Positions 116,051 through 124,000 of a stretch of 124,000 bases of DNA are shown here, in pieces. Source of the DNA: Octopus vulgaris (taxonomy: Eukaryota); assembly GCA_951406725.2 (NCBI GenBank), contig OX597817.1:117820001-117944000 (forward strand). The letters are read 5' to 3'. A model generated the notes under the pieces. It ran no database searches. It had not been told where the DNA came from and saw nothing but the letters and a program-made list of their open reading frames with translations. Position 1 is the stretch's first letter; each line of letters opens with the position of its first letter. A program made the translations under genes and the position numbers.

Positions 116051-118393
116051 ATATGTATGTATGTCTGTATGCATGTATGTATGTATGAATACTCAATTTT
116101 CGAGTTCAAGCGGAATTTACGCACCAAAAATACTGCACAACCAACTGGTTTTGCAGTACACGTCTCGCATAGATGGGCAGTATTTTTCTTCTCTCTTCAC
116201 TGACGTTATCAGATCAGAAAATTTGCTTTCCATCGCACCATCCGTGTTATAATGCACGCACAACCACTGTGATAAATAGGGAGATTATAGCAAAATCCTT
116301 AAAAATACATTGCAACGTATGCAATGAATAATAAGCATGAATATATACAAACAGTTATAAGCAAATTTGCATAAATCGGGGTGAATGAAGGGAGAAATGT
116401 TAAAGGCAAAAATTCTCGAAAGATTTCACTCATCCCATCACGTATTTACCACACTTGAACTAATATAAGCGCTTACTGTTCCCAATCCTGTGGAAAATGT
116501 TATTCAATTTAAACCTGAGAAACATCATTTGGAATTCCTTTAGAGTTGTTTGCTACTAAGGATATCTACAGGGACAAATTGTTTTCGGTAGTAATGCCAG
116601 AAGTGATCACAATTATACCAGAACATGGTTCATGAGTCACATTTCTGTTACAAAATAGGGCTTTGCGCAAAAGAATGGTATCACAATACTTGAAAGGCAT
116701 TGTTTAGTCAATCATGGAATACCGAACACTTTCACATTGGCAGTTATGTTGTGGCACAAAGACCCTTATTGACGAAACATATGCCAATAATTGCCCTAAA
116801 ACAGCATGCTGTTTGGTCATATTCCGTTGACAAATAGGGTTTTGTGCATCACACCCCTTGTACATTGTGGCATTTTTTACACGGAAAGCATTAAAATTGG
116901 CGAAGTACGTTAGAACCAAATTCAAATATTGCCTGAAAATTTTCAGGCAATGGGACCAGAAGTTAATTATAGAAACAAACAAAAATTACAACACATATTA
117001 CAGCTTTAAATTTGCCCATGCCAATCATACATAAAGCAAACATATTTAAAATAGTTGAATTTATACGCTTCAATATTCTCCTTTTAGAATATAATCCCCG
117101 TTGTCAAAATCTGTGAAGCATGGACATAGGTAACTGCTATTTCAGACTTAATCCGTTAAAGCTTCCATATAACTAGTTACAAATGTACAAAAAGCTATTC
117201 TCGTTTTATCTTATTTCAATTTCATATGAAATATGTAACCCAGCGTACAGAAATAAGTATTAAAAAATAAATTAGAAGATAAATAGTGTAAATAATGCAG
117301 TTATCTATGTTTGTGGTTAACTATTCGATTTATGCGTCTTAGAAGGATTCGAAATATATTGTATTCAAATTACATACTTTCACAAGTTTGTTAATACAAG
117401 CAACTACAAATGCTTTCACAGTACATATATGTTCTTATTCATTCGTATATATATATATATTTAATAGAGAGAGAGAGAGACAGAGAGATAAATAGATAGA
117501 TAGATAGTTAGATAGATAGATACATACATACATACATTCATACATACGCAGACAAATTTGTCTTTATTTGATGTATATCAGTGACGAAATAATTGGAAAG
117601 GTATTGGCTACACATGCTATTCTGTATACTTAAATATACATTATGTGTTAGTATCTTCTTTTCAAGTTATATATGTGCGTGTATGTGTGCTAGTGCATAT
117701 CTCTACCGTTTCTGTGCGTATAATCATCAATGTATTTATGCATGCTTGTGCATATTTGTATGTCAACAAATATACATATTCTTACACGATTGTCAGTTAA
117801 TCTTTAAAAGCTCATATATTTGTGCTTTCGCTGAAACCTACAGAAGCAATAAATTCTTAAAGGTATGAAGATAGAACCTATTTCAGTTTTAATTTCATTC
117901 AGATTCTTGATGATTTATCGAAATATTTTTAGATTCGACTTTGAAACAAACAAATATATACACATTTTGAACGAAAAAATCCCCTGTTTTACAGTTCATA
118001 GGTACATAAATCTCCAAATTGATTAAATGACAACAAACGATTTTGTAGCCGAATAGTTTTATTCTCCTTCCATTCCATGCTCGGAAAAATAAATTCTGGG
118101 GAATTTTAAATAGAAATTAGAATAAGTGTAATTTCGATAGTTGAAAACACATGATGAAAATGATGAAAATGGCGTTGATAAGTAATTGAGAATTCATAAA
118201 TTTTTTAAAGCCTGGTGCATATTCTATTGCTTTCTTTCCCCGAAACCCTGAGTGACAGCAGCGTATACACACGAACACCGGTTGGCAAGCGGTGGTGAGG
118301 AACAAACACACACACATACACACACAAGCATACATATATAAGGCAGTGCTTCAGCATTGCCGTAATCAAATGACTGAAACAAGTAATGGTATG

Positions 118394-118445
<52 letters not shown>

Positions 118446-118594
118446 TTAAATATATATGAGGATGATATCGATATTTAAGTATCCATATTATCAAGTGGCC
118501 AGCATGGGAAAAATACCGTACAAAGGTAATAATTTTTAACACCAGCATGCCGAAATAGCAGTCGAAACTCTGACTATGAAAACCATATATATAT

Positions 118595-118765
118595 ATATGT
118601 ACAAGATAGACCTCTTTCAGTTTTCGTCTGCCAAATCCACACGAAAGGCTTTCGTCCGCCCGAGGCCATAGTAGAAGACGCTTGCCTAGAGTGTCACGCA
118701 GAGGAGTGGACCCGGAACCATGTTTTGGGAAGCAAACTTTTTTCCGCACATCCACGTCTGTGCCT
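118595..118765 (-). mobile_element. tRNA-derived SINE head fragment
   Basis: CTTTCAGTTTTCGTCTGCCAAATCCAC...CCCGGAACCATG. Confidence 0.7.
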
Positions 118766-118997
118766 TGAATTATTTAGAAAAACATACCCGTTTGTTTTAC
118801 ACAAATGAAACAATATGCAAGCATATTAGTTACTATATTGAGATATTAATTACACGCATTTCTTACGTGTATAGCACATGCTTCGTAAGTAGCAAAATTA
118901 CGATCATTAAAAGTTAATATTTTACTTATTAAATATACCATTTTTTTACATTTTAACTTCTTAATGAAAATTTCATAATTCTGAAAATATAATTGTA

Positions 118998-119040
<43 letters not shown>

Positions 119041-119095
119041 AAAATAAAACAACGGAAAATACGCACGCTTATATAGTTATAGTATAATTTTTATG

Positions 119096-119130
119096 GTATC
119101 GACCGTTTTCGCAATCGCTATTCATGATAC
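119096..119130 (-). ncRNA. Hammerhead-like motif, A3-U8 variant
   Basis: GUAUC-AUGAAUA-GC(GAUU)GC-GAAA-ACGG-UC-GAUAC. Confidence 0.65.
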
Positions 119131-119259
119131 AATGTTTAATTTATATGAAAATATATTTTTTCTTAAGAAGAAAATGGGTCCATGTTGTTTATAATGAGAT
119201 TCATGAGTGAATGATTTTACAAGTTTTCAAGTAAAGGGAGGTATAAACCAACTGACGCA

Positions 119260-120123
119260 AAACAATATCTTCTTTTTAACTCATGGCACCCGAAACAGAT
119301 TAAAATAAACATCCCTTTTAACTTAGCAAAAAGGATCTGCACAATAGTGTCTGATGGAACAACTCGGGACCTTCGTCTTCAAGACCTCAAAACAACACTT
119401 ATTGAAAGACAATATCCACCCTCTCTTATTGAGGAGGGAATTAAACGTGCCAAACAATTAGACACAAAAACACTAAGAACAAAAAAACATAGCACCACAC
119501 CTCAAACCGAAACATTACTTTTTATATCAACACACAACCCTAGAAACAGTGAGGCATTCAACACTATTGTGCAAACTCTCACTTTACTAACTATGTATCC
119601 AAAAATGAACGACATCCTGAAAACACACAAACTCATCAACTGCAAAAAACAAGACAAATCGCTAAAGAGACTACTAACAAATGCGAAGCTTTACAAAACA
119701 ACCACGAAACCAACGGTTAAAAAATGTGGACGCTCGAACTGTGGAACCTGCCCCAACCTGCTTGAAAGCTCGGACTTCCTTTTCAAACAAGGACAGAGGT
119801 TAACAATTTAAACTAGGTTCACCTGTGCCTCTGAGAACCTAATTTATGTAATAACCTGCTCGGGTTGCAGTCATGAGTACATTGGACAAACGAGTTTAAT
119901 TTTGAGGAAGAGAATTACTCTGCATAAGGAGCAAATCCGTTTCCCGCAATACAGACAAATCCCTCTTAGTGAACACATAGAAAAATGTGCAGGTAACATC
120001 AAACCAAATTTTACAGCCTTCCCTTTCTACCAGTGCAAAGACACACTCTCTCAACTACAACGCTTAAATAAAGAAACTTTTTTCATTGAAAAATACAAAA
120101 CGCGTCTGGATAAGCACGCATAA
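119260..120123 (+). pseudogene. PLE RT thumb plus GIY-YIG remnant
   Basis: CGRSNCGTCPNLL, NLIYVITCSGCSHEYIGQT (read between the two listed ORFs), FPFYQCK. Confidence 0.85.
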
Positions 120124-120400
120124 CCAATTTTTATATGTTTACATATTACATCACTGTACATAAATCCCCTACTAAACAAGGCCTCCCTTTTTTAAAACCT
120201 GTCTCCTTTCTGTACACATATTTTCCCCACCCAAAACCTAAACAGTTATCTCCCTTACAGACAACAATAACAATAATAACAACCAATTTCCTCCCTTTAC
120301 TTGTCAACTTGTAAAATCATTCACTCGTGAATCTCATTATAAACAACATGGATCCATTTTCTTCTTAAGAAAAAATATATTTTCATATAAATTAAACATT

Positions 120401-120435
120401 GTATCATGAATAGCGATTGCGAAAACGGTCGATAC
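120401..120435 (+). ncRNA. Hammerhead-like motif, A3-U8 variant
   Basis: Identical motif to 119096-119130. GUC cleavage triplet, 5-bp stem I. Confidence 0.65.
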
Positions 120436-120549
120436 GTTAAAAATTATACTATAACCATGTAAGTGTGCGTATTTTCCGTTTTTTTTTATTTTACTTATAT
120501 ACATTACAATCCACCACGTGGGGACAACCGAAATTCCTCTTTCTGTTAC

Positions 120550-120606
<57 letters not shown>

Positions 120607-121133
120607 ATAATATATATATGTTTGTATGTATATACACAGCGAGAGGAGGAGACAGAGAGAGAGAGACAAAGACAGAAAGAGAGACAGAGAGAGACAGAAA
120701 ATAGAGAGGGTGATCCGGTGATCCTTTGAAGGTGAGTACATTCGCGTTTGCTGTATTTCTGGCCATTTCTTCATATAGGATAATGAACTGTTTCCTGTGT
120801 TATATCTGCTATCATAATATGAAGCGAATACATTCACGTTTTACTCATACAAATCAGGATAACTAAAGATGAACCGATTTTGTGCTAAGGTATTCTAAAT
120901 ATATGTTAACCTTGATTTTAAATTTGCTAATATCTCCCAGCTGCTTAACGCTTTGCTAAAGGCATAAACATACAAGAACAATAACTTAAATTAATAGTCA
121001 CGTACACATGCACCTAGCCGCGTATCGCATTTCCTCACTCCCTCCTTAAGTATATATACATATATATATATATATACATATATATTTATACATATATATA
121101 TATATATATATATCAATATATATGTATACACAC

Positions 121134-121182
<49 letters not shown>

Positions 121183-121451
121183 AATATATGTACATATGTA
121201 TATACATATATATATATATATATGTATGTATGCATGTATATATATATAATTGGGAGGACAGAAAGAATATATCTTAATGAAAGTATACAGCTGTATAAGC
121301 AAACGTTCAAAATTTTAAATGAAAAATTTATAATCCAATTACATTTCAACGGCAACTGGTAGGATGCTGAACACATTAAAAACAAGAGCAATGTGTGAAT
121401 GCAGATATGTATACCATGGAAAATAGCAAATACAATGTAAAATACGCGAAC

Positions 121452-121487
<36 letters not shown>

Positions 121488-122299
121488 ATGTATGTATGTG
121501 TGTATGCGCACAAGAGAGAGACAGAGAGAGAGAGGGTGCATGTGTGCGTGTGGGAATGTACACGCATGTATTTAAGTGTGTATTTTCGAATAGCATGGGG
121601 TAGGCAGATACGTACGGCACATATTTCAAAAGACTCACCAACCGAATGTTACATGATTTCAAGGTACTAAACGAATACTTCATGTTCCTTCTCTCAGGCA
121701 ATATTTCTACCTGTGGCTTACAAGCTGTTAGTCGTCAAGACTTTGCCATGAGAAGCCGGGAAAAATTCATACAATTTCAACTGTCGAAGTGGAGTTAACT
121801 CTTGAAAGTTTAAGTAACCTCAACAAATTCCGGTAAAGTAGAAATGGGTTCCTTTTCTATGCATTCGTCATCTATATTTGGGGCTAACCAACTACATTAC
121901 CCTTTTCTACATTACCGAAGTTTGTTATATATATATACATATACATAATGTAAATGAGTAACGAAGATGTGCAGGTCTCAAATCATTAAACGACTCCTTT
122001 AATTGATTAATGAAAACATTACATCATTTGAAAGAAATTGTCCACGTCAGATAGCCAGATAGACTTCAAACATAGAGGATAAAACCAATGTTTTAACATA
122101 TTCATATCAATAATGGAACACAAAATACATTGTTTCTATTCTCTGGCAGAATGAGTTTAGAAAGTAACACATACTTAGTCAAATCTGCTATAATTTAGAG
122201 AGTAGCTGAGGAAATAGTGGGGATAGAATGTAGTTTTCAACCATCAAGAATCAGATCTATTGGGAGTTGTCAATCTTCAACTGCATACTCCATATTTTA

Positions 122300-123310
122300 T
122301 GAAAAAAAATATGCATAACTTTAAAACATATTTACCTTCATGCATCCACGTCAATTCGTAATTCAAATTACACAAATATTTCAAAATAGTTAGGAAGAAA
122401 AAGTCATGCTTCTTCGTTCTCAATTCAACACGTTTCTAATTTGTCATTGAACAGACGGCGGAAAGTTATGTATATATAGATATATATATATAGTGAGAGA
122501 GAGGAAGAGAGAGGGAGAAGAGCAGTTAAAAACATATCTTCCATGCGTTTTGAATGATCAAGGTTTAAATAAAACATCGACAATTCTCCTTGATTCGAAA
122601 TGATTGTAGACGGCGGGTGTTATGAATGAAGTTTATTTCAAACTTCACGTGGTTAATACAGAACTAGTTTCATGTCTAATGCTCACATTAAATAAACCAA
122701 TTTTTAAAATTAATTTAAATTTCAAAATACTGAATATTCTAATATTCTATATTTTGTGAAAAAAGTATGCATGACTTTAAAATATATTTACTTTCATTCA
122801 TCAACATCAATTCATAATTCAAGTTACTCAAATATTTCGAAACAGTTATGGAGAAAGAAAAAGTCTTGCTTCTTTGTTCACGCTTATGCATATTTGTTCC
122901 TCAAAATATGGAGCATAAAACTGAAGATTGTAGTATGTTTGTAATTTAAATTAAATTTCTTTTTTAAAATTGATTTATAAAATTTGTGCACTAAACATTA
123001 AACTAGTCCTGTATTAACCACGTTGACTTTGAAATAAACATCATTCATCAAGCCGGCTGTCTATAATAATTTCGAAACAAGGAGAATTGTTGATGTTTTT
123101 TTTAAACATTGATCATCCAGCACTCATAGACGATAAGTTTTTAGCTGCTCTTCTCCATCTATCTATGTGTCTCTCTCTCTATATATATATATACATAATT
123201 CGCCGTCGTCTGTTCAACAGAAAGTTAGAAGCGTGTTGAATTTTGAACGAAGAAGAATGGCTTTTCTTTCTCCATAGCAATTTTGAAATATTTTGAAATA
123301 TGTTGAAATA
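122300..123310. repeat. Old ~1-kb imperfect fold-back with an internal direct copy
   Basis: 122350-122740 is roughly the reverse complement of 122930-123310. 122760-122890 repeats 122300-122430. Confidence 0.75.
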
Positions 123311-123362
123311 TATATGTATATACATATGTATGCATATATACATATGTATATATATATGTGTG

Positions 123363-123407
<45 letters not shown>

Positions 123408-123489
123408 GTGTGTGTATTTGTGCGTTTGTGTCTTCCCATCACCGTCGCTTGACAACCGATGTTTTTATTAGTTACTAGGACCTTCCCTT

Positions 123490-123960
123490 CCTATTCAATA
123501 CAATTAATTCAGAACTGGACAAGGTTTATCAATGGGTTATCGTTAATCGGCTTACACTTAATATTAACAAAAAAAATTTTACATGGTTTTCTCCACAAAG
123601 CCCCAACAGATACTTTCTAATGTCCTCATCGTAAGTAAAGCAATTTCAAATGCAACATCAACAAACATTCTCGGTATTCATATTGATAAGTATCTCACTT
123701 TCAAAACACATATAAGCAATTTATTAAAACAAAATTCCCGTACTCTTGGTATGTCAAATAGAATTTATTACCTTCTTCCTGAAAATATTACTGTAAAATT
123801 TATTATTCGTTAATATACTCAAAATTCTCTTACTGGGAGAATTGCAAAGTTCGGTTACTCAACTATGCCATTTATAAATCATGGAAGACTCCCAAAACAA
123901 AGAATCCTCAATCAAAATTTATATTAATTTTCCAAAATTGTAACCCAAGTATCTACGAAA
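123490..123960 (+). mobile_element. CR1/L2-like LINE RT C-terminal fragment
   Basis: NSELDKVYQWVIVNRLTLNINK, NILGIHIDKYLTFKTHI, SRTLGM.NRI. Confidence 0.8.
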
Positions 123961-124000
123961 TTCATATCTATACCAGTAACTTTTGAAACATCTATATCAT

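Larger units (their letters stand above)
119040..120545 (+). mobile_element. Penelope-like element, family B (diverged relative of family A), 5'-truncated with inverted pLTR
   Basis: ORFs 119347-119811 and 119902-120123 align by eye to family A (LQDLKTTLIERQYP, CGRSNCGTCP, QIPLSEHIEKCA). 119041-119225 is the reverse complement of about 120307-120495. (TA)n on both sides. Confidence 0.9.

Noticed and set aside
116710-116830. 38-aa Cys-rich ORF (MEYRTLSHWQLCCGTK...ACCLVIFR)
   Set aside because: Too short, no signal peptide, expected by chance.
121698-121832. Segment with a good acceptor (TTCCTTCTCTCAG) and donor (CG/GTAAAG), 135 nt
   Set aside because: All three frames contain stops and there is no other support for a non-coding exon.

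Overview
AT-rich, microsatellite-dense animal DNA, most likely intronic or intergenic sequence from an octopus or related coleoid cephalopod (inferred from the tRNA-derived SINE families and the repeat landscape; not confirmed). I found no recognisable host protein-coding gene. Most short ORFs in the track are translations of (TA)n, (CA)n and (AAT)n repeats. The window is dominated by Penelope-like retroelements (PLEs; RT plus C-terminal GIY-YIG endonuclease) from several families. One is a near-full-length copy (66.4-71.6 kb, minus strand) whose reconstructed ~1257-aa ORF has an unusual ~510-aa N-terminal coiled-coil/Trp-rich/Pro-His-rich extension. The PLE termini carry about 18 minimal hammerhead-ribozyme-like motifs that between them show all four Watson-Crick combinations at core positions 3 and 8 (C-G, U-A, A-U, G-C). 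Several termini form fold-back structures sitting in (TA)n tracts. Also present: decayed R4/Dong-like, RTE-like and CR1/L2-like LINE fragments, mariner remnants, non-autonomous Helitrons, MITE-like palindromes, SINEs and local duplications. All motifs were read by eye; boundaries of decayed elements are approximate.
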